A stretch of DNA of 64,000 nucleotides from Pyrinomonadaceae bacterium (GCA_044230475.1 JBGARA010000002.1:25975-89974); one strand, 5' to 3'; positions 1-10,074 are shown, counted from the first letter of the stretch. The notes: a model not told the origin generated them from the letters alone. A program made the numbers and translations.

Positions 1-548
1 CGGAGCGATTCAGCATCAAGTTCAGCGTTGACAGACGGATGAGCGAGCAGAGCTTTTGGTTCGGAGGCATAGATCAGCTTGCCGTCAAACACGCCGTAGT
101 AGAGCGGTTTCTCACCATATCGGTCGCGGGCAATGACGAGGCGTTTCCTGCGAGTATCCCACAGCGTGATCGCGTACATTCCGTTAATGTGGTCGACAAA
201 ATCATCGCCATATTCCTGATAGAGATGCGGCACAATCTCGGTATCAGTTTGCGTAACAAACTTGTGGCCGCGTTGCTCAAGATCCGCTTTGACCTCGCGG
301 TAATTGTAAAGCTCGCCATTCATCATCACGACAATGCTTTTGTCTTCGCTGTAAACCGGCTGATTGCCGGTGTGCAGATCGATGATCGACAGCCGCCGCA
401 TTCCAAGCGCCACGCAATCATCCATCCAAATGCCTTCGCTGTTGGGACCGCGATGCACGATCCTCTCACACATCGAATGCAGTACTGCTTCGGTGTGGTT
501 GTTTGAACTATTTTTGTCGAGGTTTATCCAACCTGTTATGCCGCACAT
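1..548 (-). CDS. asnB: asparagine synthase (glutamine-hydrolysing), N-terminal ~182 codons; C-terminus lies beyond the window start
   Basis: Absent from the ORF track because it is open at the window edge. My reverse-strand translation from ATG 548-546 reads MCGITGWINLDKNSS..VHRGPNSEGIW..LGMRRLSIIDL.TGNQP..MNGELYNY..TDTEIV..ARDRYGEKPLYY, the Cys2 class-II glutamine amidotransferase signature of AsnB enzymes. Track ORFs 39..506(+), 74..319(-) and 364..564(+) are shadows of it. Confidence 0.85.
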   Translation of the reverse strand, partial: MCGITGWINLDKNSSNNHTEAVLHSMCERIVHRGPNSEGIWMDDCVALGMRRLSIIDLHTGNQPVYSEDKSIVVMMNGELYNYREVKADLEQRGHKFVTQTDTEIVPHLYQEYGDDFVDHINGMYAITLWDTRRKRLVIARDRYGEKPLYYGVFDGKLIYASEPKALLAHPSVNAELDAESL

Positions 549-566
549 ACAGATAAGGGCCTGATC

Positions 567-986
567 TTAATTTCTTTTGGCCAAAGGATGGCCGTCACTG
601 AACTGGATAAGGTCCCAGAGATTTCCGTAAAGGTCCTCGAACACAGCCACTATTCCATAATCCGCTTTTTTCGGCTCACGGACAAAATTGATGCCTTTTG
701 CCAACATCTCATTGTAGTCACGCCAGAAATCGTCTGTGTTCAGGAAAAGGAAGACGCGTCCGCCCGCTTGATTGCCGATGAATGGCTCTTGTTCCGGCTT
801 CGAAGCTCTTGCGAGAAGCACGGAGGTGCCTTTCGATCCTGACGGCGAGATCACAACCCACCTTTTGTCCTGCTCGGGTTGATAGCTATCCTCGATGAGA
901 TCGAAGTTGAGTTTTTTTGTATAAAACTCGATAGCTTCATCGTAATCTCTCACGACCAAAGCAATGTGTACGATGTCTTGCTGCAT
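567..986 (-). CDS. VOC family protein (glyoxalase/bleomycin-resistance/dioxygenase fold)
   Basis: 139-aa ORF. The N-terminal IVHIALVVRDYDEAIEFYTKKLNF module and overall size are typical of the vicinal-oxygen-chelate superfamily. Stop lies 18 nt upstream of the asnB start on the same strand. Confidence 0.8.
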   Translation of the reverse strand: MQQDIVHIALVVRDYDEAIEFYTKKLNFDLIEDSYQPEQDKRWVVISPSGSKGTSVLLARASKPEQEPFIGNQAGGRVFLFLNTDDFWRDYNEMLAKGINFVREPKKADYGIVAVFEDLYGNLWDLIQFSDGHPLAKRN

Positions 987-989
987 TTA

Positions 990-1949
990 TTATTCGCCAA
1001 AACCGACCTTTTCCCGAACTGCATAGATCGCCTTGTCCTGTGATTCGTGATAGGTACGAACAAGCAATTCGGCGAGCAGGCCCATCAGGAAAAATTGTAC
1101 CGAGATCGCGAGCATTACAACCGTCACAACCGGAAGCGGTGTGGAGATGAAAGATACCGACTGGAAAATTTTTAATGCGACCGCCCAGGCGCCGGCAACA
1201 GACGCGAGAAAGAATGCGATCATCCCAAATGTCCCGAAAACGTAGATCGGTTTTGTGTGATATTCGGCCATGAATTTGATCGTCATCAGGTCGAATATCA
1301 CCTTGATCGTGCGTGAGATACCGTATTTCGATTTGCCCATCGTGCGGGCGTGATGATCGACTGGAATTTCGGCGACGCGTGCTCCGGCCCAGCTTGCGTA
1401 GATCGGGATGAAACGGTGCATCTCTCCGTAAAGTCGCACGTCCTGAATGACTTCGCGTCGATATGCTTTAAGCGAGCAGCCGTAATCGTGCAGCTCGACA
1501 CCGCCGATCCACGAAATGATGCGGTTGGCGATCTGTGAAGGAATCTTTCTTGATATCAGCTTATCCTGACGGTTCTTTCGCCAGCCAGAAACCACATCGT
1601 AGCCTTCGTTCAATTTATCGAGAAGACGTGAAATGTCAGCCGGATCGTTTTGCAGGTCGGCATCCATTGGGATGAGAATTTCACCTTTTGCAGCGTCGAT
1701 ACCAGCGGACATTGCGGCCGTCTGACCGTAATTCCTTCTGAGTGAAATTACGCGGACACGATCATCGCCTGCGGCTATTTCTTTCAATATTGCGAGACTT
1801 TTATCAGTCGAGCCGTCGTCAACATAGATAACCTCGGCCGATTTGCCGAGAGCGTCCAGCGCAGAAGCGATCTTAGAGTGCATCGGACGAAGGTTGTCCT
1901 CTTCGTCGAGAACAGGCAGGAATAATGATAGTTCGGGGTTCATTTCCAA
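990..1949 (-). CDS. family 2 glycosyltransferase, polyprenyl-phosphate sugar transferase type (DPM1/GtrB/ArnC-like) with C-terminal TM helices
   Basis: 319 aa. Motifs VIYVDDGSTDKS and PMDADLQNDP, followed by two hydrophobic helices (IYVFGTFGMIAFFLASVAGAWAV, PLPVVTVVMLAISVQFFLMGLLAELL), the GtrB/ArnC architecture. Confidence 0.85.
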   Translation of the reverse strand: MEMNPELSLFLPVLDEEDNLRPMHSKIASALDALGKSAEVIYVDDGSTDKSLAILKEIAAGDDRVRVISLRRNYGQTAAMSAGIDAAKGEILIPMDADLQNDPADISRLLDKLNEGYDVVSGWRKNRQDKLISRKIPSQIANRIISWIGGVELHDYGCSLKAYRREVIQDVRLYGEMHRFIPIYASWAGARVAEIPVDHHARTMGKSKYGISRTIKVIFDLMTIKFMAEYHTKPIYVFGTFGMIAFFLASVAGAWAVALKIFQSVSFISTPLPVVTVVMLAISVQFFLMGLLAELLVRTYHESQDKAIYAVREKVGFGE

Positions 1950-2025
1950 AAAGGATATTTAACCACGAAACACACGAAAAACACGAAATAGATAACTGCT
2001 TTCGTGAATCGCGTGGATTTCTAGG

Positions 2026-2787
2026 CTAGTTCTTTCGCGCGACGACAACGATAGACACACCAAACGGGAAGTTAAAATTGCGCAGCCAGAAACGTTCTGC
2101 TCCAAAAAGTTTCCCGAAAACGCCGTTCAGTGCCGAGACAGTTATGTTATTTTCAGATTCGGGTTTAATGCCGGTGACGCGCATTATCACTCGACCCGCC
2201 AGGATCGGCGCGAAGAACGTCCAGTTTGCATAGGTCGCTCTTTCGATCGTATGACCGGTAGTTTTCAGACGCTCGACAATTTGTTCTTTAGTGTAACGAA
2301 TACGATGGTTTGAAATGTCGTCCTGCACGCCCCACAGCCACATAAATGCTGGCACAAAGATCAGCGAATACCCGCCGCTTTTTGTCACACGATACATTTC
2401 CTTGAGGCCAGCGATATCGTCGTCTAGATGCTCGACGACATCGAGAGCGGTCGTCAGCTCAAACATTTCATCTTCGTAAGGTAATGTCTCTGCTAAGCCC
2501 TTCTGCACCTTCAAACCTTTTTTTCGACAGAATTCGAGCGCGTCGTCCGACACATCGACACCCTCGGCTTCGCCATACTGTGAGAGCATTTGGATATTAG
2601 CTCCGGTTCCGCAGCCGACATCAAGAATGCGGATTGCGGAGTGTTCATCGCGGATCTTCGCGACTATCGTTTCCAGGAAACTCTCGAGAATCGCGCGCCG
2701 TCCGGCGAACCACCAGTGCGAGCCCTCGACCTCGTCCATAATGGCGTATGTGTGCTGCTGCATTTCCTGCGGCAAAGTCGCGTTCAT
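2026..2787 (-). CDS. class I SAM-dependent methyltransferase
   Basis: 253 aa with motif I ILDVGCGTGANIQML and the acidic loop EGVDVSDDAL typical of Methyltransf_11/23-type enzymes. Confidence 0.85.
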   Translation of the reverse strand: MNATLPQEMQQHTYAIMDEVEGSHWWFAGRRAILESFLETIVAKIRDEHSAIRILDVGCGTGANIQMLSQYGEAEGVDVSDDALEFCRKKGLKVQKGLAETLPYEDEMFELTTALDVVEHLDDDIAGLKEMYRVTKSGGYSLIFVPAFMWLWGVQDDISNHRIRYTKEQIVERLKTTGHTIERATYANWTFFAPILAGRVIMRVTGIKPESENNITVSALNGVFGKLFGAERFWLRNFNFPFGVSIVVVARKN

Positions 2788-2794
2788 AAGCCTA

Positions 2795-3439
2795 TTATAT
2801 TCGAAGCCCCATCATTTCGCTTGCGAGGCTGCCGACATTGCCGTCTGGGGCGAGGCCATAGCTGTCTCGAAGGCGCTGTTTTATGCCGTCTTCGTTTAAA
2901 AAATAAGAGCCATCTGGCTTTTTACCCAGGATCATCAGTCCGACACCTTCCTCGACATAATCGGGCTTATTTACGCAAAGCATCCAGTTGCCGGCGTTCA
3001 AGTGTGCCTCCCATTCCATCTCGTAAAGATTTGGGTTGAAAACGCCGAGAGGATTTACGTCCGCATTCGAAAGGCTCTCCAGAGTTTGTGCAAAATCGTA
3101 AGCATGGCGGCCTTCGTGGACGAATGTACCCTCAACACCTCGTTGAAAACCGTCGCCGATGGTTTCTGCTGCGATACAGATGTAAATTTCGCCCAGTGCA
3201 TCGCGCAAACTCATGCGTTCTCTAGCCATGCGAATGTTTGTTTTGATCGAGTTGACAACGCTTGTAACACCTGACGCTCCGCCAATCTTTGAAACCGGCT
3301 CTACGCTGATCAGCAGGTTTGACTCGAAAAACTCATTCATCATGTGGCGATGAAAATCATTGCCTTTCTCGACGATGGTCTCGCAGGCTAACTCGATCGA
3401 TTTGCGATGTTTGTTTTCTATGCCCTTATCAAATTTCAT
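2795..3439 (-). CDS. hypothetical protein with an HExxH motif
   Basis: 214-aa ORF, 4-nt overlap with the upstream gene (3436-3439). Contains FVHEGRHAYDF (HEGRH = HExxH). No other family recognised. Confidence 0.6.
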   Translation of the reverse strand: MKFDKGIENKHRKSIELACETIVEKGNDFHRHMMNEFFESNLLISVEPVSKIGGASGVTSVVNSIKTNIRMARERMSLRDALGEIYICIAAETIGDGFQRGVEGTFVHEGRHAYDFAQTLESLSNADVNPLGVFNPNLYEMEWEAHLNAGNWMLCVNKPDYVEEGVGLMILGKKPDGSYFLNEDGIKQRLRDSYGLAPDGNVGSLASEMMGLRI

Positions 3440-4434
3440 TTGACGATCTCACCAAATCCACACCAACTGTTCTCATTATGCCATGTGATCTCGACGTTTT
3501 CGGCGCTGATATCTTTCCACCAGCTTTCGAAATCAGTCTTTGAGATATAGAACGCGGTCGGTGCTACAAGATGGTCAAAGACGATGTTGTGCTGCTCACG
3601 CCAGCCGAAAGTGCCGAGATGATTGAGATACTCGTTGTAAAAAAGTTTGTTGGCGACAGGTTTCGCGATCGCATTCAGTGGGCGATAAACGAGCTTGGTC
3701 GATAAGAATACGCCGAGCGTTGGCAGCTTTGATAATTGATACAGCATCGGCTGGCTTATCTGTGATGTAAATCCTGTTCGAATGGGATCGACGTAATTCG
3801 TTATCCATTCGTTGTTCTCAGCGCCGTAAACCCACGCAGAAATATCGCCGCCGCTTTTTACTTTTGATGCGAGTGAGATAAACGCATTTTTAGGATCAGG
3901 TGTGTGATGCAGAACGCCGACGCTGAAAGCATAATCAAATGCTTTCTTGAGCGGCAGTTTGAAGATGTCGCATTGAACAATATGCGCGTTCGGCAGATCG
4001 CGCGTTAGTGCAAACGCCGACTCAACACCGTCGCCGAGATCAATGCCGACAACATCCGTCGCGCCCCATTCAGCGGCGAGTTTTGTGTGACGGCCCTTGC
4101 CGCAGCCGCCTTCGAGCACGATCTTATCTTTAAAGAAATCAGGCTTTACGGGCTGAAGCCAACCTAAGAATTGCTCGTTGTATTTCGGATCCTCTTGTGT
4201 AAAATGGGTCCATTGCCAACCAAAATTTTCAGCCGTTTCTGCTTTGTCGTCCTCGATCTTTTCGAGATCGGCAAAGCGCGGCACACCGCGAACAACCTTA
4301 TACTCACGCGTGCATTTTTTGCACGTCAGCACGCCGTCAATAATTTCTTTTTCTTCGTACTTGCTTGCGTAGGCGAGCAAAATGTCACCGCCGCAGATCG
4401 GGCAAGCAAGCAGGTCTAATAATCGTTCCTTCAT
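3436..4434 (-). CDS. Trm112-like zinc-ribbon / class I SAM-dependent methyltransferase fusion
   Basis: 332 aa. N-terminus LLDLLACPICGG...CKKC (Trm112/DUF343-like Cys4 ribbon) followed by motif I VLEGGCGKGRHT. Overlaps both neighbours by 4 nt. Confidence 0.8.
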   Translation of the reverse strand: MKERLLDLLACPICGGDILLAYASKYEEKEIIDGVLTCKKCTREYKVVRGVPRFADLEKIEDDKAETAENFGWQWTHFTQEDPKYNEQFLGWLQPVKPDFFKDKIVLEGGCGKGRHTKLAAEWGATDVVGIDLGDGVESAFALTRDLPNAHIVQCDIFKLPLKKAFDYAFSVGVLHHTPDPKNAFISLASKVKSGGDISAWVYGAENNEWITNYVDPIRTGFTSQISQPMLYQLSKLPTLGVFLSTKLVYRPLNAIAKPVANKLFYNEYLNHLGTFGWREQHNIVFDHLVAPTAFYISKTDFESWWKDISAENVEITWHNENSWCGFGEIVK

Positions 4435-5096
4435 TTATTGTTTACTACGTCGCGGAGCGACCGCCACGAGCGATGCAGCAGGGCGTCGATGCGGTTCCAG
4501 TCTTCCTCAGTAACACTGCCGGCCTCGGCTTTATTATCGCGAATTTCCATCGCGTCCGCTCGTGCATCGCCATATTCTTTCAGGTCGTCGGCTTTCACAT
4601 TGTAAATTGCCGCCGCACCGTCTGCCAACGCACGCGAAAGGTCGCCGGGTGCATGATCCTTTCGCTGGCGGTGGACGATCCACCATTCGAGCTCGAGTTG
4701 TGCCGCTTGCTCGATGTCGAAATCAGATGTGCTTACATCGTGAATGTGCGTGTAAAACTTTCTGAGATCGGGCAAAGCCTTTTCGTAATCTTCGCGCGTC
4801 TTGCCGTCTTTGAACACAAAGGCGGCTCGTGCCGCATAGAATGCGACGAGCTGTCGCCGCCAAAATGGAAAGTGAAACTGGCTTTCCAGGGTTTCGCCAA
4901 GCTCGCGGAACAATCTAAGCCGCTCGCGACTGTAATACGAACGCCACATTGCCGTGTCTAATCGGGCGATCTCGTCGGCGTTAAACTCACGAATATCGGT
5001 CTTGTAGCTGTGATTCAGATCAACAGCGATCCAGCCGGCGAGAATAACGGCGCCGATAACCAAACAGATCAATGATCGTAGGATGATCTTACGCAT
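4431..5096 (-). CDS. hypothetical membrane-anchored protein
   Basis: 221 aa. A single N-terminal hydrophobic helix (LICLVIGAVILAGWIAV), then a charged helical domain. Operonic position. Confidence 0.6.
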   Translation of the reverse strand: MRKIILRSLICLVIGAVILAGWIAVDLNHSYKTDIREFNADEIARLDTAMWRSYYSRERLRLFRELGETLESQFHFPFWRRQLVAFYAARAAFVFKDGKTREDYEKALPDLRKFYTHIHDVSTSDFDIEQAAQLELEWWIVHRQRKDHAPGDLSRALADGAAAIYNVKADDLKEYGDARADAMEIRDNKAEAGSVTEEDWNRIDALLHRSWRSLRDVVNNK

Positions 5097-5101
5097 TCGA
5101 T

Positions 5102-5569
5102 TCAGGCAGAGATAGCGGAGCGAAACCGCTCAAACTCAGGTTTTGGAAAAGGCTGGCGCCAGTTGAACTCAAATTCGTCGGTGTCGCGGTCGTTGTAAAG
5201 CTGCTCAAAAGTTTCGGCGAAAGAGCCGCAAACATCACGTATCTTTCCCGTATGCGAGAACACAAGCTCCTTTTCATTTGAGTCGCGTTCATCGGTCGGA
5301 TATTGATAGATCTCGAGCGTTAAACTTTCTTCATTGCGGACAAAACGAAAATCGAATTCCTCAGGGTCGCGGTTCCATTTGAGCAAATGCTCATTTTCCG
5401 GTGACGCAGGATCGGCGAGCTTTGCCAGTATCGTCATCAGTTCGGACAGAGCGGCATCGTGCGGCGCGTGGGCCGTTGTCGTGTGAAATTCATTGGTGCC
5501 GTCGTCAAAACCGATCGACATCCAACCACACTGCGGACTATTGAAACTGACTTCTAATTTTCCCGACAT
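5102..5569 (-). CDS. hypothetical acidic cytoplasmic protein (shortened start)
   Basis: The track ORF 5102..5857 would overlap the better-looking + strand ORF 5616..5885. An internal ATG at 5569-5567 (MSGKLEVSFNSPQCGW...) gives 155 aa of protein-like sequence, whereas the upstream 96 codons are Ser/Cys/Leu-rich and look non-coding. Confidence 0.55.
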   Translation of the reverse strand: MSGKLEVSFNSPQCGWMSIGFDDGTNEFHTTTAHAPHDAALSELMTILAKLADPASPENEHLLKWNRDPEEFDFRFVRNEESLTLEIYQYPTDERDSNEKELVFSHTGKIRDVCGSFAETFEQLYNDRDTDEFEFNWRQPFPKPEFERFRSAISA

Positions 5570-5615
5570 CAAGGAATTATGGTAACTTTTAGGAAAAGTT
5601 TGCACAAACGCCGCG

Positions 5616-5885
5616 ATGAACACACCTGACGAAGAACTGATCATTTCCGGAGACGGCAAAACGCCGAAAACCGCCGTTAAATTTAAGCCTTGCCGCTTGC
5701 TGACGCGTGTTGTCCACGAGCGCAAGTTTATCAGCAAACAATACGGAGTCGAGAACGAGGACTGGAAACAGGGAATGCATTTCACATCACCCGACAGGCA
5801 AAGCGTATGGGTGATCGAGCTTGCCGACGGAACAAGTAAAAAGGTCTTTTTCGACACATCGCAGACTATCTATGATGATGAATAG
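5616..5885 (+). CDS. small hypothetical protein upstream of thyA
   Basis: 89 aa with balanced composition. Stop lies 3 nt before the thyA ATG, suggesting co-transcription. Confidence 0.5.
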   Translation: MNTPDEELIISGDGKTPKTAVKFKPCRLLTRVVHERKFISKQYGVENEDWKQGMHFTSPDRQSVWVIELADGTSKKVFFDTSQTIYDDE

Positions 5886-5888
5886 ACG

Positions 5889-6734
5889 ATGAAGCAATAT
5901 CACGACCTCCTAAAACACATTTTAGATAGTGGCGTGCGACATGAGGATCGCACCGGCGTTGGCACGATATCGGCGTTTGGTTATCAAACGCGCTTTCGTC
6001 TAAGCGAAGGCTTTCCAATTGTTACGACAAAGCGCGTGCCTTTTCGCTGGGTCGCGGAAGAATTGTTTTGGTTTTTAAGCGGTTCGACCGATGAGAACGA
6101 CTTACGCGCACGTGGTGTAGATATCTGGCAGGAATGGGCCACCGAAGAGCAAACGGCAAGATTTAGTAGAGCGGAGGGTGATCTAGGTCCGGTCTATGGT
6201 TATCTGTGGCGTTCATTTGGCGGCGATTACCCGCAGATGAACGGCGTCGATCAGATCGCAAGATTAATAAAGGAAATTGAAACAAATCCAAACTCACGCC
6301 GTTTGATCGTCACAGGTTGGAATCCTGAAACATGCGTCGATGTTGCCCTGCCGCCGTGTCATACGCTGTTTCAATTCAAGATCGCAGGCGGAAAAACACT
6401 GCATTGCCAGCTTTATCAACGCTCAGCCGATGCATTTCTCGGCGTGCCGTTCAATATCTCAAGCTACGCACTGCTGATGCATCTTGTTGCTCATGTGTGC
6501 GATCTCGAAGTCGGTGAATTCATCCACACGTTTGGCGACCTGCACATCTACAGCAATCATCTAGAACAGGTTAACGAGCTCCTCGCGCGCGAGCCGATGA
6601 CGCTGCCCACATTGGAATTTGATAATGCCGATAACCTAAAAGGTCTCGACGGACTGCTCAATTTCAAATTTGAAAATCTGAAATTAGAGAATTATCAGTC
6701 GTGGGGAAAGATCGCCGCACCGGTTGCCGTGTGA
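5889..6734 (+). CDS. thyA: thymidylate synthase
   Basis: 281 aa with ThyA signatures: EDRTGVGT, LPPCHTLFQF (catalytic Cys), YQRSADAFLGVPFNISSYALL, GDLHIY and C-terminal APVAV. Confidence 0.97.
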   Translation: MKQYHDLLKHILDSGVRHEDRTGVGTISAFGYQTRFRLSEGFPIVTTKRVPFRWVAEELFWFLSGSTDENDLRARGVDIWQEWATEEQTARFSRAEGDLGPVYGYLWRSFGGDYPQMNGVDQIARLIKEIETNPNSRRLIVTGWNPETCVDVALPPCHTLFQFKIAGGKTLHCQLYQRSADAFLGVPFNISSYALLMHLVAHVCDLEVGEFIHTFGDLHIYSNHLEQVNELLAREPMTLPTLEFDNADNLKGLDGLLNFKFENLKLENYQSWGKIAAPVAV

Positions 6735-6744
6735 GAGCTTAACG

Positions 6745-7287
6745 TTATCTTTCAGCCTTCGAGCACGGAACAGTAACAAAAACGTTTGAAATAAGCTCCA
6801 TGCGATTCTTATTTTCCGGTTTCGAATTTAGGATAACTGATGCAGCGTGTTCGCCATCACTAGTGCTAAACCCGCTGTACTGAAACTCTATAGCGGAGCC
6901 GGGTAGAAGTCCGAGCCAACGATAAGTACTTTTAGACGAAAAGACTCCTTCTCGTCCTCGCCCGGGGTTATAAACAGAAGTCCAGTCGATATCTTTACTT
7001 TTCCTAAACAACACAAATCCTTCTGGCGAAATGCTGTTTGAAATACTGCTGGCTAGGAAATAGATCTCTTCTTTTCCATTATTTTCAAGGCGAAATCTAT
7101 TGTTCATATCGCTGAAATCAATCAAATCCTCACCAACATATGGAATTTTATCTTTCGGAAGACATTTTTGTGACAGAAAAGTAAGAGTTGCGCCTTTAAA
7201 GTTATTTCCATCAATCGTTTTGATCGCCTGGGTAAAAACAGTCTTGCAGACCAGGAGCGTAATAACTAATGTGATGGTCGATTTCAT
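6745..7287 (-). CDS. hypothetical secreted protein
   Basis: 180 aa with an N-terminal signal-like segment MKSTITLVITLLVCKTVFTQA. No recognised domain. Confidence 0.6.
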   Translation of the reverse strand: MKSTITLVITLLVCKTVFTQAIKTIDGNNFKGATLTFLSQKCLPKDKIPYVGEDLIDFSDMNNRFRLENNGKEEIYFLASSISNSISPEGFVLFRKSKDIDWTSVYNPGRGREGVFSSKSTYRWLGLLPGSAIEFQYSGFSTSDGEHAASVILNSKPENKNRMELISNVFVTVPCSKAER

Positions 7288-7315
7288 GGTTTACAATTTC
7301 ATTCGGTTGCAATCC

Positions 7316-8221
7316 TTACTTAACATTCGGCGGATGGGCGGCTTTTGTGCGGACGGTGATGCCTTCAGAGCCTAGGAGCAAGAGCTTGCGGGCGTCGTAG
7401 GATGAAGTGTTGGCCGGCATGTACGACAAAAGATAACGATTCTTTCTGAGTTCGTCGCAGATAGATTTTGCGGCATTTTGCGCCTCGTCGAAGGGGAAAA
7501 CTTTGCCGCCGGTGTCTTCGGCTAGTTGAGTAACAACAGCCGACGCTTTTGGCTGGTCGCGTCGGTAGGCTCCGCCTGTGCGATCGGGAATTTGAAGTGA
7601 ATATACCGTGATATTTTCGTTCTGGAGTTCGGTGAGAACTTTGTCAAAAGGCAATTTGCTCCCACGATCGAGACCGTCGCCGATCACTACCAACGCAGTT
7701 TTTCGAGTTCCGGGCATTAACGGAAGAAGAACTTCTTTTATCGATGAGTGAACGGCGTCGAAAAGAAAAGGCTGCCCTTTTTTGCGAAGTGTGACCAGCG
7801 ACTTTTCCATCTTCTTGGCGTCGTCCGTCCACTCCTGAACGATCTCGGCGTGTTCGTCGTAAGCGAGGACGAAAAGCTGATCGCCGTCAAATATCTCATA
7901 GGCGAATTCCATCACCGCGCTTTTCAAAGCATCGACTGAGGTCGGAAGCGTCTGTGAATTATCGACGAGGATCACGATCTTTGACGGGCTAGGGTCAAAG
8001 ACCAGATTCTTGATCTTTTGTTCGATGCCGTTTTCGTAAAGGAAAAGATCTTCGGCCTTGATGGGGTCGGTTTTTTTGTCGGTACGTGTGGCAGCAACAT
8101 TGAGAATGGTGCCCTCGACTACGTCGCCTTTTGAGCTGCGACGCGATTGAGACAATGCCAATGACGCAAATAGTAGCAAACATAATGTCGAAAGAAGCAC
8201 TTTGCGTCGGGTGTTCATCAT
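7316..8221 (-). CDS. secreted VWA (von Willebrand factor A) domain protein
   Basis: 301 aa. Signal peptide LLSTLCLLLFASLALSQS, MIDAS-like VILVDNSQT, later VVIGDGLDRGS. The architecture resembles the VWFA-related proteins abundant in Acidobacteria. Confidence 0.8.
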   Translation of the reverse strand: MMNTRRKVLLSTLCLLLFASLALSQSRRSSKGDVVEGTILNVAATRTDKKTDPIKAEDLFLYENGIEQKIKNLVFDPSPSKIVILVDNSQTLPTSVDALKSAVMEFAYEIFDGDQLFVLAYDEHAEIVQEWTDDAKKMEKSLVTLRKKGQPFLFDAVHSSIKEVLLPLMPGTRKTALVVIGDGLDRGSKLPFDKVLTELQNENITVYSLQIPDRTGGAYRRDQPKASAVVTQLAEDTGGKVFPFDEAQNAAKSICDELRKNRYLLSYMPANTSSYDARKLLLLGSEGITVRTKAAHPPNVK

Positions 8222-8523
8222 TCTTTAGTCGGTTTCGAAACAGTTTCTTTTGGGGCTGTTTTGCTTTCGTCTTTGCTCTTTGATGCGGTTTCGGTGGTTG
8301 CGGTTGATTCAACGGCGCCTTTCTTTTCCGCTTTGTCAGCTTTTTTTCCGGCGTAATCAGTCACGTACCAACCGGCTCCCTTAAACTGAAAACCGGACAG
8401 CGACCATTGTTTTTCGAGTTTCCCGTGGCATTTTTCGCAGGTCGTCAACGGCGAATCGGACACACTCTGACGCTTTTCAAAGTGCAGTCCGCATTGCTGG
8501 CATTTGTATTCGTAGATCGGCAT
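8218..8523 (-). CDS. FmdB-family zinc-ribbon regulatory protein (shortened start)
   Basis: An internal ATG at 8523-8521 gives MPIYEYKCQQCGLHFE...CEKCHG, the CxxC...CxxC FmdB signature at the very N-terminus. The longer track ORF (to 8664) would run into trxB. 4-nt overlap with the VWA gene start. Confidence 0.8.
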   Translation of the reverse strand: MPIYEYKCQQCGLHFEKRQSVSDSPLTTCEKCHGKLEKQWSLSGFQFKGAGWYVTDYAGKKADKAEKKGAVESTATTETASKSKDESKTAPKETVSKPTKE

Positions 8524-8528
8524 AAAAA

Positions 8529-9487
<959 letters not shown>

Positions 9488-9699
9488 TGCGAGAAGCTCG
9501 CACTTTGGTTTTGCCTTTGCTTATAGTATAACTATGCGGTAACAGGTTCGTCTAATAGATCAGTTTTGCGATTTGCGTCCGAAACGAACCGCCCTAAATT
9601 ACGACATTGCATTGGCGATCTGCCTGTAAATAGTTAACGAGATTGAAGTTTCGTGTTAAACTGAAGCTGTATTTTTACCGATATTGACCGGATTTGCGA

Positions 9700-10074
9700 A
9701 TGGCCTCTCTACAGACCCAGTTTGAGGAAAAGCGGTTTGCCCTGCGTATGGCACTCAGGCTCCCGGTTGTCATTTCGGGGCGAACCGAGGACGGCTCGGC
9801 ATGGAGCGAGCCAACAGAAACCGACGATATTTCGACTCTCGGAGCCCTTTTTCAATTAAATCAACCTATTACTGCGGGCGACAGTGTCAAGATACGCGCG
9901 CATCGGCCAAACGGAACGCCCGTCGAGGTCAAGGCGAACGTTGTGCGTGTCGTTCCGGCAAATTTCGGTACTTCACGTGTGGGCGTTTCTATCGAAGAAT
10001 CAAAAGAAAGCTGGCTGCGTCTTTTTGTTGCCTGGATCGCCGATGACAATGTCGTCGAAGGCGTGGACGAGTAG
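9700..10074 (+). CDS. PilZ domain protein (putative c-di-GMP receptor)
   Basis: About 124 aa from ATG 9700 (the track uses TTG 9694). Contains RxxxR (KRFALR) and DxSxxG (DISTLG), the two PilZ c-di-GMP-binding motifs, at the expected spacing. Confidence 0.7.
   Translation: MASLQTQFEEKRFALRMALRLPVVISGRTEDGSAWSEPTETDDISTLGALFQLNQPITAGDSVKIRAHRPNGTPVEVKANVVRVVPANFGTSRVGVSIEESKESWLRLFVAWIADDNVVEGVDE

Noticed and set aside
39-564. Plus-strand ORFs 39..506 and 364..564 (155 and 66 aa)
   Set aside because: They are antisense to a textbook AsnB N-terminus (MCGITG...) on the minus strand, and their products are low-complexity with no motifs.
1961-2006. Three direct CACGAAA repeats plus one inverted TTTCGTG between the methyltransferase and GT2 genes (possible minus-strand hairpin 2006-1982 followed by TTTTT)
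   Set aside because: The stem is only 7 bp and AT-rich, and the genes on both sides look co-transcribed. It is too weak to call a terminator or operator without data.
5570-5857. The long version of the minus-strand ORF (5102..5857, 251 aa)
   Set aside because: The first 96 codons are Ser/Cys/Leu-rich and overlap the better plus-strand ORF 5616..5885 that is coupled to thyA. An internal ATG at 5569 gives a compact, protein-like product.
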